Below are positions 1 through 10,301 of a DNA stretch of 54,283 bases, one piece after another (the first letter of the stretch is position 1; each line of letters opens with the position of its first letter). Source of the DNA: an uncultured Pseudomonadota bacterium (GTDB lineage: Bacteria; Pseudomonadota; Gammaproteobacteria; Burkholderiales; Eutrophovitaceae); assembly GCA_913057675.1 (NCBI GenBank), contig CAJXOL010000002.1:1-54283 (forward strand), written 5' to 3'. The notes beneath the pieces are model-generated. The model was not told where the DNA came from and made no database searches. It saw only the letters and a list, made by a program, of their open reading frames with translations. Both the position numbers and the translations under genes were made by a program.

Positions 1-48
1 CGAGATTTCTGCCTGTCTCGTGGGCTCGGAGATGTGTATAAGAGACAG
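1..48. other. Illumina Nextera adapter residue (P7 tail + i7 index + Read-2 transposase adapter); not genomic
   Basis: The sequence reads exactly CGAGAT / TTCTGCCT / GTCTCGTGGGCTCGGAGATGTGTATAAGAGACAG. This matches the Nextera i7 primer layout CAAGCAGAAGACGGCATACGAGAT[i7]GTCTCGTGGGCTCGG followed by the 19-bp mosaic end. Confidence 0.97.
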
Positions 49-50
49 AG

Positions 51-206
51 GTGGTGCTGACTGAGGATGAAGTCATTGATTTTTGTCGAAAGCACCTTGC
101 ACATTATAAATGTCCGAAAAAGGTGATATTTGGTTCGTTGCCAAAGACGTCAACTGGAAAGATACAAAAAGCGGCACTCAGGGAGAGGCTTCGAGCAGCA
201 GATTAG
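51..206 (+). CDS. Acyl-CoA synthetase / AMP-dependent ligase, C-terminal fragment (5' end cut by the contig/adapter junction)
   Basis: The in-frame translation is VVLTEDEVIDFCRKHLAHYKCPKKVIFGSLPKTSTGKIQKAALRERLRAAD*. It carries the typical AMP-binding C-terminal motif (P-K-T-x-(S/T)-G-K-I). The stop TAG is at 204-206. Confidence 0.8.
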   Translation: MVLTEDEVIDFCRKHLAHYKCPKKVIFGSLPKTSTGKIQKAALRERLRAAD

Positions 207-302
207 TTATGGTGGAGAGAGTGACTTCGCATCAGACGATCCTAGTTTTGGTGGGGTAAAATAAGTTGTGTATTTAATTTTTTATTGAGAAGGCAAAATT
301 TG

Positions 303-1052
303 ATGAAAGTTTTAATTCCGGTGAAGCGCGTTGTTGATTACAACGTCAAGATTAGGGTTAAGTCAGACGAAAGCGGAGTCGAAACGGCTAACGTTAAGAT
401 GTCGATGAATCCATTTGATGAGATTGCTGTTGAAGAGGCAATGCGGCTAAAGGAGGCGGGACTTGTTACCGAAATTGTTGCTGTTTCTGTAGGAGCTGCG
501 GCTTGCCAAGAGACTCTTCGAACTGCGTTGGCGCTTGGTGCAGATCGAGCGATTCATGTTGAGACGGAGCAAGAAACACAGCCTCTGGGTGTCGCCAAGG
601 TTCTGGAAAAGCTAGTCCATAGCGAAGAGCCTAAAGCAGTCATTATGGGTAAACAAGCTATTGATGATGACTTTAATCAAACAGGCCAAATGCTCGCAGC
701 AAAGCTCGGATGGTCTCAGGCTACTTTTGCTTCAAAAGTAGAGATAGACGGTGATGTGGCGTTAGTAACGCGTGAGATTGATGGCGGATTGGAAACGCTA
801 AAGGTAACCCTCCCTACAGTGATCACAACTGATTTAAGACTCAATGAGCCAAGATATGTGACGCTGCCCAACATCATGAAGGCAAAAAAGAAAATCATTG
901 ATAAGGTTACTCCTGAAGAATTGGGAGTGGATATCGCTCCGCGATTAACAACGATTAAGGTGACTGAACCTCCAGAGCGAACTGCGGGTCAGAAGGTCAG
1001 CTCTATAGAAGAGCTTTTGGATAAACTTAAAAATGAAGCGAAGGTGATTTGA
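303..1052 (+). CDS. etfB: Electron transfer flavoprotein beta subunit
   Basis: The ATG at 303 gives [20 protein letters not shown]..., the canonical EtfB N-terminus. The track's TTG at 285 is probably an over-extension. The stop overlaps the etfA start (TGATG). Confidence 0.93.
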   Translation: MKVLIPVKRVVDYNVKIRVKSDESGVETANVKMSMNPFDEIAVEEAMRLKEAGLVTEIVAVSVGAAACQETLRTALALGADRAIHVETEQETQPLGVAKVLEKLVHSEEPKAVIMGKQAIDDDFNQTGQMLAAKLGWSQATFASKVEIDGDVALVTREIDGGLETLKVTLPTVITTDLRLNEPRYVTLPNIMKAKKKIIDKVTPEELGVDIAPRLTTIKVTEPPERTAGQKVSSIEELLDKLKNEAKVI

Positions 1053-1981
1053 TGGCCACATTGATTATTGCAGAACACGATAACGCAGCGCTTAAAGGAG
1101 CCGTGCTCAATACAGTTACTGCGGGACAAAAATTAGGCAATGAGATACATGTGCTGGTTGTCGGCTTTAACTGTGCCTCAGTTGCTGAGGCTGCGTCCAA
1201 GCTATCCGGTATCAGCAGGGTGTTGGTGGCTGATGTCGAATGTTTTAAAAATGGGTTGGCGGAAGATGTTGCGGATGTTGCGGTTACTGTCGCGGGAAAT
1301 TATTCTCATATCCTTGGTCCAGCTACGAGTTTTGGGAAAAATGTGATGCCTCGTGTCGCAGCACTGCTTGATGTGGCGCAAATTTCAGATGTTGTAGAGG
1401 TGCAGAGCGAGGATACGTTTGTAAGACCAATCTATGCTGGAAACGCGTTAGCTACGGTGGTGGCATCGGATGCGATTAAAGTGATTACGGTCCGAACAAC
1501 CGGTTTTGATATATGTGTCACTGAAGGTGGGGATGGCATCATTGAGCCCATTGATGTGGTGACGAGTAAAAATTTGAGCGCGTTAATCAGTCAAGAATTG
1601 ACGAAGTCAGCTAGGCCTGAGTTAACCGCCGCTAAAGTGATTGTTTCTGGTGGGCGAGGTATGGGAAGCGCTGAGAATTTTGCACTTTTAGAAGCTCTGG
1701 CTGATAAATTAGGGGCCGCGGTTGGAGCATCACGGGCTGCGGTTGATTCTGGTTTTGTGCCAAATGATTATCAAGTTGGGCAAACCGGAAAAATAGTTGC
1801 ACCGGAACTCTACATTGCGGTCGGTATTTCTGGCGCGATACAACATTTGGCAGGTATGAAAGATAGCAAGATCATTGTGGCTATCAATAAAGATGAGGAA
1901 GCGCCTATTTTCCAAGTGGCTGACTACGGCTTCGTTGGTGACTTGTTTGAGGCCATTCCAGAACTTACGAAGTCAATTTAG
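1052..1981 (+). CDS. etfA: Electron transfer flavoprotein alpha subunit
   Basis: The ORF is ~309 aa and has the ETF-alpha FAD-binding C-terminal region ([19 protein letters not shown]). It lies directly downstream of etfB. Confidence 0.93.
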   Translation: MATLIIAEHDNAALKGAVLNTVTAGQKLGNEIHVLVVGFNCASVAEAASKLSGISRVLVADVECFKNGLAEDVADVAVTVAGNYSHILGPATSFGKNVMPRVAALLDVAQISDVVEVQSEDTFVRPIYAGNALATVVASDAIKVITVRTTGFDICVTEGGDGIIEPIDVVTSKNLSALISQELTKSARPELTAAKVIVSGGRGMGSAENFALLEALADKLGAAVGASRAAVDSGFVPNDYQVGQTGKIVAPELYIAVGISGAIQHLAGMKDSKIIVAINKDEEAPIFQVADYGFVGDLFEAIPELTKSI

Positions 1982-2017
1982 TTGACCTCTAGTTAATTCA
2001 CACAAAGGAATACATTA

Positions 2018-3814
2018 ATGTCGGTTTATCAAGCACCTGCAGCTGATATGGAGTTTGTTGTTAACGAGCTTGTTGGGTTGGCGCCCATACAAGCGTTACC
2101 TGGTAATGAAGAGGTTAACGCTGAGTTGTTGAGCTCCATTATTGAGGAGGCGGGGAAGTTTGCCACTGGTGTGCTGGACCCGTTAAATTGGCCGGGTGAC
2201 CGGGAGGGAGCAAAACTTGAGAACCACGTTGTAACTCCTGCTGCAGGTTTTACCGCGGCATATAAAGCATTCTGTGATGGTGGTTGGGGTGGTCTTGCAA
2301 ATGATCCCCGATGGGGCGGGCAAGGTCTGCCTCATATGTTCCAAGCACTCGCAGCTGAGATGTGGAACTCTTCCTGCATGTCGTTTGCGTTGTGTCCTAT
2401 GCTCACAGCTGGTGCAATTCAAGCTATTAAAAGACACGGATCAGATGGGTTGAAGGAGATCTACTTAAATAAACTAGTCAGTGGTGAGTGGTCTGGAACG
2501 ATGAATCTTACTGAGCCTCAGGCAGGTTCTGACTTATCAGCTGTTCGAGCGAAAGCGGTTCCTGAGGGGGATCATTATCGAATTTTTGGTACTAAAATTT
2601 ATATTACATGGGGTGAGCATACGATGGCCGATAACATCGTCCACCTTGTTCTTGCACGAACTCCAGATGCTCCTGAGGGGGTCAAAGGTATTTCTTTGTT
2701 CGTAGTTCCTAAGTTTCTTGTAAACGCTGATGGCTCAATTGGTGAAAGAAATGATGTGAAGTGTGTATCGATCGAGGAAAAGCTTGGCATTCACGCAAGT
2801 CCCACATGCGTAATGGCCTTCGGTGATGATGATGGGGCCATCGGATACCTTGTTGGGGCAGAGAATCGTGGGCTACAGTATATGTTTACGATGATGAATT
2901 TTGCTCGTTTGGAGGTGGGTATTGAAGGCGTGGCGATCTCGGAGCGTTCGTATCAACGTGCTGCTACATTTGCTAAGGGTCGTGTGCAGGGGCGCAGTAT
3001 TGGCCTTGGATCGGGTGATCGCGTTTCAATTATTCATCATCCCGATGTGAAACGAATGCTCCTCACAATGAAATGTCAAGTTGAAGCGATGCGTGCACTA
3101 GCACTTCAAAACTGTTCTTACCTTGATCGTGCTCTGCATCATCAAGATGAGGCAGAGCGAACGAGGTACCAGAGTATGTTTGACCTTTTGACTCCTGTCG
3201 TAAAGGGTTGGTGTACTGAACAGTCGATAGAGATTACTTCTATGGGTATCCAGGTTCATGGAGGTATGGGGTTCGTCGAGGAAACAGGTGCGGCGCAGTA
3301 TCTACGTGACGCTAGAATCACGCCAATATATGAGGGTACGACGGGAATCCAGGCTAACGATTTAATTGGTCGTAAAGTTGCGACAGAGAATGGAATAACC
3401 GCATTTCAATTAATCGAACAGATGCGCCAAACAATTGAGGATCTCGACGAATTCAAGAGTCATTCGGGCTTATCCAAGATCAGAGATAAATTCCAAATTT
3501 CCGTAGAGGCTCTCGAAGAATCAGTTCAGTGGGTTGTAAATACATACCCCAAGGATCCGCAGAGGGCTTCTGCTGGAGCTGTGCCGCTGTTGAAACTCTT
3601 TGGGACTGTTTGTGGAGGATGGATGCTTGCGAGGTCTGCAATAATTGCGAAGAAGGGGTTAGATGCGGAGAGCCAAAAAGCAAAATTTTATAGGGGTAAA
3701 CTTGCGACTAGTCGATTTTATGCGGAAAATATATTGCCATTAGCCAGCGTATTTAATGATCAAGTCGTGGGTGGACATAAAACGGTCGTCGCTCTTGATG
3801 AGTCCTATTTCTGA
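2018..3814 (+). CDS. Acyl-CoA dehydrogenase, long (~600 aa) form with C-terminal extension
   Basis: Acyl-CoA dehydrogenase motifs are present (LTEPQAGSDLS, IYEGTTGIQANDL). The length and C-terminal domain resemble the AcdA/long FadE-like class. Confidence 0.88.
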   Translation: MSVYQAPAADMEFVVNELVGLAPIQALPGNEEVNAELLSSIIEEAGKFATGVLDPLNWPGDREGAKLENHVVTPAAGFTAAYKAFCDGGWGGLANDPRWGGQGLPHMFQALAAEMWNSSCMSFALCPMLTAGAIQAIKRHGSDGLKEIYLNKLVSGEWSGTMNLTEPQAGSDLSAVRAKAVPEGDHYRIFGTKIYITWGEHTMADNIVHLVLARTPDAPEGVKGISLFVVPKFLVNADGSIGERNDVKCVSIEEKLGIHASPTCVMAFGDDDGAIGYLVGAENRGLQYMFTMMNFARLEVGIEGVAISERSYQRAATFAKGRVQGRSIGLGSGDRVSIIHHPDVKRMLLTMKCQVEAMRALALQNCSYLDRALHHQDEAERTRYQSMFDLLTPVVKGWCTEQSIEITSMGIQVHGGMGFVEETGAAQYLRDARITPIYEGTTGIQANDLIGRKVATENGITAFQLIEQMRQTIEDLDEFKSHSGLSKIRDKFQISVEALEESVQWVVNTYPKDPQRASAGAVPLLKLFGTVCGGWMLARSAIIAKKGLDAESQKAKFYRGKLATSRFYAENILPLASVFNDQVVGGHKTVVALDESYF

Positions 3815-4212
3815 TGGCCGCAGACTTAGACAAAATGTTACCAGTTGGCCGTGATCCGACTCTTCGGGTCGTGCCTATGCCTTCTGATGCAAATTACAGT
3901 GGTGATATTTTTGGTGGTTGGATCATGTCACAAGTGGATATCGCAGGAAGTATTCCAGCGGCCCTTTTAGCTAAAGGAAGAATAGTGACGATTGCAGTGA
4001 ATTCTTTTTTATTCAAGCAGCCAGTCCATATTGGTGATTTAGTCAGTTTCTATGCATCAGTTTCGAAAGTGGGAAAAACATCCATTACGGTTGATGTTGA
4101 GGTTTACGCCCAAAGACGCTCGTTAGATGAAACAGTAAAAGTCACGGATGCAACGCTTACTTATGTGTCGGTTGATGATGAGCGAAAGCCTCGTGCGATT
4201 GAAGGAAGGTGA
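3814..4212 (+). CDS. Acyl-CoA thioesterase, YciA-like hotdog fold
   Basis: The sequence LRVVPMPSDANYSGDIFGGWIMSQVDIAGS... aligns with my recollection of E. coli YciA (MPADTNANGDIFGGWLMSQMDIGG). The start overlaps the upstream stop (TGATG). Confidence 0.82.
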   Translation: MAADLDKMLPVGRDPTLRVVPMPSDANYSGDIFGGWIMSQVDIAGSIPAALLAKGRIVTIAVNSFLFKQPVHIGDLVSFYASVSKVGKTSITVDVEVYAQRRSLDETVKVTDATLTYVSVDDERKPRAIEGR

Positions 4213-4365
4213 CCTCTAGTTAGTGACGCGTCTAACCTGAATATAATTGCTATCGCTACGCAACAGAGATTCTGTAATGCGGAGTTAAGAGGGAGTTTAG
4301 AGCCTAATCGAATCCATTGAGGCCTATACATCCCCCGTCCGCGAATAAAGGCTGTGGTGGACTGA

Positions 4366-5994
4366 TTACATATTGGGATAATTAGGCCCTCCGGCCCCTT
4401 CGGGTGGAACCCAGTTAATGTTTTGCGTGGGATCCTTAATGTCGCACGTTTTGCAGTGAACGCAGTTCTGTGCGTTTATTTGGAGCTTGGGAATGTCTTG
4501 CTCCGTGATTATTTCGTAGACGCCAGCTGGACAATAGCGCTGCTCTGGGGCGTCATACTCGGCCAAGTTAATAGTGATCGGTGTTGATTCATTCTTCAGT
4601 TGCAAATGACATTTTTGGTTTTCTTCGTGGTTGGTGTTGGAAATAAAAACGGAGCTTAATCGATCAAAAGTTAATATGCCATCCGGCTTCGGATAGTCTA
4701 TTTTTTTTGCTTTATTAGCTGGAATGAGCTGCTTATGGTCTTCATGGTGCTTCAATGTCCAAGGTGCCTTTCCACGGAGTATGTAGGTGTCGATTGCGGA
4801 ATAGATCATGCCAATCCAGAACCCCCATTTAAACGATGGCCGTATATTGCGAACTTGTTTGAGTTCCGCCCATAGCCAAGACTTCGATAATCGATAAGTG
4901 TAGTCCAGACTAGCTCTAGTGTCGGTTGACTTAATGGCGTTAATGAGCGATTCCGCCGCCACGATGCCAGACTTCATGGCCGTGTGGGACCCTTTGATTT
5001 TGGGCACATTCAGAAAACCGGCCGTGTCACCGATTAGAAGCCCGCCAGGAAATGAGAGTCGAGGGATGGATTGGTAACCACCTTCTGAGATAGCTCTGGC
5101 ACCGTAGGAGATTCGTCGACCTTTTTCAAAAGTTTTGCAGATATCTGGGTGAGTTTTAAGTTTTTGGAATTCTTCAAACGGAGATAGAAAAGGGTTCTTG
5201 TAATCGAGTCCGATGACGAATCCGACTGCAACTTGATTATTATCGAGGTGATATAAAAAAGAACCCCCATATGTTTGATGGTCAAGTGGCCATCCCGTTG
5301 AATGTATGACGAGGCCCTCTTGGTGATTTTCTGGTGGCACTTCCCAAAGCTCTTTGATGCCGATGCCGTAGGTTTGTGGTTCGACGCCTTTTTTAAGATC
5401 GAAGCGTTCAATCGCTGCTTTGGTTAACGATCCGCGGCACCCTTCCGCGAACACGGTTTGTTTCGCGTGAAGCTCTATTCCCTGTTGGTACCCCTCCGTG
5501 CGTTCCCCGTCCTTTCCGATACCCATATCCCCAGTTGCCACTCCCTTTACCGATCCATCTTCGTTATAAAGTATTTCAGTAGCAGCAAAGCCGGGATAAA
5601 TTTCAACACCTAATTCTTCTGCTTGCTCTCCTAGCCAACGTACGACATTGCCTAAACTCACAATATAGTTTCCGTGATTATTCATGTACGACGGGGTTGG
5701 TAAAGAATAGGATTTAGACGCAGTTAAGTACAACAAACGATCTTCCGTGACTGGGGTATGTAAGGGGGCTCCCAACTCTTTCCAATTAGGTATGAGTTCA
5801 TCTAGCGCTCGAGTTTCAATTACCGCGCCAGATAAAGTATGCGCACCAACCTCGGAACCTTTTTCAACAATGCAGACGGTTAGTTCGTCTTCAGAGTCAT
5901 TTGCTAATTGTTTGAGTTTGATCGCGCATGCTAGACCTGAAGGCCCTGCACCGACAATAACAACGTCATACTCCATTGACTCTCTATCTGACAA
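4366..5994 (-). CDS. Electron transfer flavoprotein-ubiquinone oxidoreductase (ETF-QO)
   Basis: The N-terminus has the FAD motif [13 protein letters not shown]. The C-terminus has a 4Fe-4S ferredoxin-like motif ([13 protein letters not shown]). The 542-aa length is typical. Confidence 0.92.
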   Translation of the reverse strand: MSDRESMEYDVVIVGAGPSGLACAIKLKQLANDSEDELTVCIVEKGSEVGAHTLSGAVIETRALDELIPNWKELGAPLHTPVTEDRLLYLTASKSYSLPTPSYMNNHGNYIVSLGNVVRWLGEQAEELGVEIYPGFAATEILYNEDGSVKGVATGDMGIGKDGERTEGYQQGIELHAKQTVFAEGCRGSLTKAAIERFDLKKGVEPQTYGIGIKELWEVPPENHQEGLVIHSTGWPLDHQTYGGSFLYHLDNNQVAVGFVIGLDYKNPFLSPFEEFQKLKTHPDICKTFEKGRRISYGARAISEGGYQSIPRLSFPGGLLIGDTAGFLNVPKIKGSHTAMKSGIVAAESLINAIKSTDTRASLDYTYRLSKSWLWAELKQVRNIRPSFKWGFWIGMIYSAIDTYILRGKAPWTLKHHEDHKQLIPANKAKKIDYPKPDGILTFDRLSSVFISNTNHEENQKCHLQLKNESTPITINLAEYDAPEQRYCPAGVYEIITEQDIPKLQINAQNCVHCKTCDIKDPTQNINWVPPEGAGGPNYPNM

Positions 5995-6102
5995 AACTAA
6001 CTCCTACGATCTCAGGTAACACCTGGGTTAAGTCTGTTATATTCCAGAGGTTAAATGTTAATTCATTTATGACATATTTTCATCTGATTAGAGATTAAAA
6101 AA

Positions 6103-6525
6103 ATGGTTCCTTTAAAAGAGTCGTTGCGATTAGTTAGAACTGATCGAATGAGTATGCGCTGGGGCGAAATGGACAGTCTTGCGCACATGAATAACGTAGC
6201 TTATTTAAGATATTTTGAGGAGTGTCGGGTTGCTTGGTTTGAGGAGTTGGGGATTGATTACAACTCCAAATCAGAGGGTCCTATTCTAGGCACGATCACC
6301 TGTCGTTATGTAAAGTCTGCCGTGTATCCAGCCACATTTTCTGTAACGAGTTATGTTGGAAGGTTGAGCAGAAGTAGTTTTGGTATGTATCACCAACTTG
6401 TAAACTATAGTGATGAATCGGAGGTTTTCGCTGAGGCCGAAGCGATTTTAGTGTGGGCTGATATTTCTTTAGGGAAGTCCAGACCGGTGCCAGATTGGTT
6501 CCGCGCCGTAATTCAAGGTGGGTAA
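6103..6525 (+). CDS. Hotdog-fold acyl-CoA thioesterase (4HBT/YbgC-FadM-like)
   Basis: The 140-aa product contains RWGEMDSLAHMNNVAYLRYFEECRVAWF, typical of the 4HBT thioesterase family. Confidence 0.7.
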   Translation: MVPLKESLRLVRTDRMSMRWGEMDSLAHMNNVAYLRYFEECRVAWFEELGIDYNSKSEGPILGTITCRYVKSAVYPATFSVTSYVGRLSRSSFGMYHQLVNYSDESEVFAEAEAILVWADISLGKSRPVPDWFRAVIQGG

Positions 6526-7265
6526 CTAAAATTTTCACCGCTGGTGTGACTGCTGGAGTCACTCAATAGATAGATGTAGGTTGATAATAGAGAATCTATT
6601 GACCTCAAAAGGTTGCGATCTTCGCCGGGATGTGTTTTTGATCGTAATGGTGAGTTAATGGGTCCGGGTGTGACCACATTTACTCTGTATGGGCGCTCAT
6701 CTTTCCATTCGTTTGATTGTAATGTCGCATAAGCATTGAGAGCCGATTTTGATACGGCGTAACCACCCCAGTATGCATCTAGAGACATTGCATGGGTGTC
6801 GGAAGTAAGAACGACTGAACCAGAACCGGAGGCTTCGAATAGAGGTTCGCAAGCTCGAGTCAAGAGTGCGGGGGCAATGACATTGACCTTAAAAAGATCC
6901 TGCCATTCGGAAAGTCCCAAGTGTCGAATAGGGCCAAGCTCTGTAATGTGGGTTGCGCAATGGACAAACCCGTGAAGAGGCCCGATATTTGTTTTGATAA
7001 CCGTATTAATATTCTTAAATTCTATTTCAGTGGCCTTGCAGAGATCAAGTTCTAAGATGGCCGGTTCCGGATTACCATTTGATTTGATTAGGTCGTAGGT
7101 TTCATTGAGGGCATCTAAATTCCGACCACTTAGCAACACAGTCGCGCCGAGATCGGCACATAAGACCGATAGAGCTCGCCCAATTCCGCTAGAAGCACCG
7201 GTGATTAGAACAGATTTGTTATCGAGTCGAATGTTGGTGTCGAGGATTTCAATTAATGGTTTCAT
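6513..7265 (-). CDS. Short-chain dehydrogenase/reductase (YciK-like), last gene of the hpn operon
   Basis: It has the TGASSGIG Rossmann motif and the YxxxK catalytic motif (YAVSK). Overall it resembles E. coli YciK as I recall it. It shares a 4-nt overlap with hpnE. Confidence 0.8.
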   Translation of the reverse strand: MKPLIEILDTNIRLDNKSVLITGASSGIGRALSVLCADLGATVLLSGRNLDALNETYDLIKSNGNPEPAILELDLCKATEIEFKNINTVIKTNIGPLHGFVHCATHITELGPIRHLGLSEWQDLFKVNVIAPALLTRACEPLFEASGSGSVVLTSDTHAMSLDAYWGGYAVSKSALNAYATLQSNEWKDERPYRVNVVTPGPINSPLRSKTHPGEDRNLLRSIDSLLSTYIYLLSDSSSHTSGENFSYPP

Positions 7266-8548
7266 AATGATTCTAAGATAATTTTTGATGCTTTGATGCC
7301 ACTTCGAACTGCGGCTTCGAGTGTGGCTGGATAGCGTTGATAGGTGTAGTCACCTGCGAGAATAATGCCTTTTTTTTCAGTGATTTGTGCGGGTCGTTTA
7401 AGCCCCGGTGTGCATGAGAAAGTCGCCCGTTTTTCGGCAAGCACTTTGCTCCACAATGGTGTTCCAAAAGAAAATTTTTCATTAAGGATGTCCGCAGATC
7501 TGATCGCTAACTGCTCACTTGTTAAGTCCTGGTGTGGGCCTGATCCACTGATGACAATACCAATAAGGCCCAAATCTTGGTGAGTAATTCCTCGATCGAA
7601 CACCCAATGAGCGTAGGGTGAATTCAGTCCAATCATTCGAGTGTCAGTTGATATATTTTTTGTGTATTGATGATAGATAGTGTAAACGGGTTCGTAGGTA
7701 AATTGGTTGATTAGGTTCAATGTTGCTTGAATCATTGATGACTCTTTAAACACGCTTTGTACATTGTGAGGCGATGTTGCCACCACAATATGAGAAAAAC
7801 ACTTCATCGATCCTTCTATCATTAATTCATTATTTTTTCCTTGCGTAATTCTCGCGCGGCGCCCTAAACAAATTGTTCCTTCACGTTTTTCAATAAATCT
7901 TGCTGCTCGTGACGCGAAGAGCGATGTTAAGTCAACCGTGGGGAATAATAAATCACTGCTATCTTCTGGCCCCAATAGGGCATCTGTAATCACGTTGGTG
8001 AATACCGAGGCGCACCCTCGTTCACACTGAATGTTAAGTGCTGACAGGCAAATAGGGTTCCACAGAAGCTCTATTAATGTCGCTGTTTGTTGATAACGTA
8101 AAAGCAAATCGAGCACAGAATCGGACGGCTCCACGACAAGCTTTCCTCCTTTAACTATCTGCAAAAATTTAAGAGCTGAAAATTTGTCGGCCAGGCTTAG
8201 TCCTCGTGCAAACAGGAACCCCAGCAAGCGTTTTCCCGGAATATAATTGGGTGGTGTGTTGATGTGCAATGGACCATAGGAATATCTAAAAGGCTGTCGG
8301 TCAATATTGAGAGACTCTAGGGGCATCTTTATGCTGTCTAGCAATGAGACTGTCGCCGTATAGGCCCCTGATAGAAGGTGTATGCCATTGTCGACGATTT
8401 GTTCGTTAAGCGTGATCAATCGAGCACGGCCTCCAAGGATCCGTGAAGTTTCAAATAGTGTTGTCTTCACTCCAGAATCCGTCAGCGCAACGCCAGCCGC
8501 AAGTCCAGCCCACCCAGCTCCGATAACTGCAACGTTAGGAGATGTCAT
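7262..8548 (-). CDS. hpnE: Hydroxysqualene dehydroxylase (squalene-associated FAD-dependent desaturase)
   Basis: The N-terminus has the FAD motif VAVIGAGWAGLAAG. It belongs to the amine-oxidase/phytoene-desaturase family. It sits immediately downstream of two squalene-synthase-family genes. Confidence 0.8.
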   Translation of the reverse strand: MTSPNVAVIGAGWAGLAAGVALTDSGVKTTLFETSRILGGRARLITLNEQIVDNGIHLLSGAYTATVSLLDSIKMPLESLNIDRQPFRYSYGPLHINTPPNYIPGKRLLGFLFARGLSLADKFSALKFLQIVKGGKLVVEPSDSVLDLLLRYQQTATLIELLWNPICLSALNIQCERGCASVFTNVITDALLGPEDSSDLLFPTVDLTSLFASRAARFIEKREGTICLGRRARITQGKNNELMIEGSMKCFSHIVVATSPHNVQSVFKESSMIQATLNLINQFTYEPVYTIYHQYTKNISTDTRMIGLNSPYAHWVFDRGITHQDLGLIGIVISGSGPHQDLTSEQLAIRSADILNEKFSFGTPLWSKVLAEKRATFSCTPGLKRPAQITEKKGIILAGDYTYQRYPATLEAAVRSGIKASKIILESL

Positions 8549-8551
8549 TTT

Positions 8552-9385
8552 TTATAGTTTTGACCAAACTCTCCACGCAATCCATAATTTTTGAATTGGT
8601 GTCAACGTTTGGCGCCTGATGAATGAGCGAGAAGGATTGGATGCGATTTTTTGGAGAAGTTTGCGATAAATAGCACTCATGATTAATCCAGCTTTTTGAA
8701 GCTGCCTATCATCTCTGTGCAAATTTGAATGGGCGACATCGAAAAGATCGATAGCAATTTTGACTTGATTTTTGACTAAAGTATCGAAAGATTTTGTTCC
8801 CACGGCACTTAGAATTGTTTCTCTGCTAAGTCCTACGTGTTGCAGCTCTTCAAGTGGTATGTATATCCTGCCACGAGTTAAATCCTCGTTGATGTCTCTC
8901 AAAATATTTGTTAACTGCAGAGCGAGCCCTAACTGCTCAGCATAGATAAGTGTGCTCGGGTGGGAATAGCCAAAAATATTTGCCGAGAGTATACCAACGG
9001 CGCTTGCGGATCGATAACAGTAATGTGTGAGCTGCTCTTTAGTCTCGTATTGCGTTTTATCAAGATCCATCAACATCCCTTCGATAATGAGCTCGAAGTA
9101 TTTCTTCTCCAATTTGTATGGCTCAATAAAGGGAAAGAGTGCTCGCGTGACAGGATGTTGGGGCGATCCTGCCCACATGTTGTTTAGTTCATGGTTCCAC
9201 CAACCTAACTTTGCTCTCGCAACCTGTTCATCGGAGGGTTCATCCACTACGTCGTCAACCTCTCGGCAAAACGCATATAAAGCAGTAATGGCCTCACGTT
9301 TATTTTTTTCAAGAAATAAGAAGCTGTAGTAAAAACTTGATCCGCTTTGTATGGTTTTTTGGGCGCAGTACTCTTGTGGCGTCAT
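8552..9385 (-). CDS. hpnD: Presqualene diphosphate synthase
   Basis: It belongs to the squalene/phytoene synthase family and has both Asp-rich motifs (REVDDVVDE; LRDINEDLTRGRIYIP). It occupies the hpnC-D-E gene order. Confidence 0.85.
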   Translation of the reverse strand: MTPQEYCAQKTIQSGSSFYYSFLFLEKNKREAITALYAFCREVDDVVDEPSDEQVARAKLGWWNHELNNMWAGSPQHPVTRALFPFIEPYKLEKKYFELIIEGMLMDLDKTQYETKEQLTHYCYRSASAVGILSANIFGYSHPSTLIYAEQLGLALQLTNILRDINEDLTRGRIYIPLEELQHVGLSRETILSAVGTKSFDTLVKNQVKIAIDLFDVAHSNLHRDDRQLQKAGLIMSAIYRKLLQKIASNPSRSFIRRQTLTPIQKLWIAWRVWSKL

Positions 9386-10266
9386 TATTTGTGAAAAACC
9401 GTTTGGAGAAGAATGGATACGAAGTCAAATGAGTTGATTTTATGGTTTGTAGCGAAAACATTGCCTCGAGAAGCAGAGAGCTTTCTCGTCACTTGCAAAC
9501 CCGATTTAACGATTGATTTTATTTCGATACCAATTCTGCCAGGAAGTATCTCGTAGAGTTCGGCGCCATCAAGGAGGTATTGATGTGCGCGTTTAATTTG
9601 AAATTCCATAAGATTGAGCCAGCTCAAATCAAACACTTCATTTTTAATGTGGTCCTCAGTGACGCCAAAAGAGATCATCTCGTCTTGAGGGAGGTAGATT
9701 CTTCCTAATTCATAGTCCTCAGAGATATCTTGAAGAAAATTAATGATTTGCAGGCTGGTGCAAATAGAATCTGACCATTTGAGATGGTCGTCGTGAGTAT
9801 AGCCAAACAAGTGCAGCAGAATACGTCCGATTGGGTTAGCTGATCTGTCACAATATAACTTAAGCTGTGTGAAGTTTTCGTATCGTTTGATGGTGAGGTC
9901 CTGCTCAAAAGCATCTAGCAATTGGAAAAATAGGGTAATGGGCAGGTTATGTTGAGCGATCAACGTGCCGAGCTCAGAGAAAAATGTTGTGAGTGGTGGT
10001 TGGTTGCATTGGATTTTCTTCAATTCCTCTCGGAAAAATTCCAAACGCTCTTGTTTAAAGGTGGCGGGTAGTTCGCCGGAGTCAGCGATATCATCTGCTG
10101 ATCGCGCAAAGTTATATATTGTCTCGATTGGGGCCCTTAAATGTTTGGGCAATACTATCGAGGCGATGGGAAAGTTTTCGTAGTGATCAACGGGCAAAGC
10201 GCGATATCCATTAAGTAAAACATGTCTATGGTAATTGAGTGATCGAAAAATTTCACGCTCAAACAA
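9385..10266 (-). CDS. hpnC: Hydroxysqualene synthase
   Basis: It has squalene/phytoene synthase family motifs (VDHYENFPIAS; ARSADDIADSG; LQDISEDYELGRIYLP). The track's ATG at 10329 lies inside tRNA-Leu. I prefer the in-frame TTG at 10266, but the start remains uncertain. Confidence 0.78.
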   Translation of the reverse strand: MFEREIFRSLNYHRHVLLNGYRALPVDHYENFPIASIVLPKHLRAPIETIYNFARSADDIADSGELPATFKQERLEFFREELKKIQCNQPPLTTFFSELGTLIAQHNLPITLFFQLLDAFEQDLTIKRYENFTQLKLYCDRSANPIGRILLHLFGYTHDDHLKWSDSICTSLQIINFLQDISEDYELGRIYLPQDEMISFGVTEDHIKNEVFDLSWLNLMEFQIKRAHQYLLDGAELYEILPGRIGIEIKSIVKSGLQVTRKLSASRGNVFATNHKINSFDFVSILLQTVFHK

Positions 10267-10301
10267 CCGGGATATGTGGATTATAGTAGAATGCGGTGTA
10301 T

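Noticed and set aside
285-302. TTG/GTG-initiated N-terminal extensions suggested by the ORF track (etfB 285, etfA 1049, photolyase 24330, 25889, U32 49300, cupin 48775, tautomerase 52642, porin 53516, 45255)
   Set aside because: In each case a downstream ATG, with a better Shine-Dalgarno sequence and/or a canonical family N-terminus or signal peptide, is more plausible.
1983-1995. 13-nt exact repeat TGACCTCTAGTTA found right after the etfA stop, and again at 4210-4222 overlapping the yciA-like stop
   Set aside because: Several chance 13-mer repeats are expected in 54 kb on two strands. There is no extended similarity or hairpin around either copy. It may be coincidence, so I do not call it a motif.
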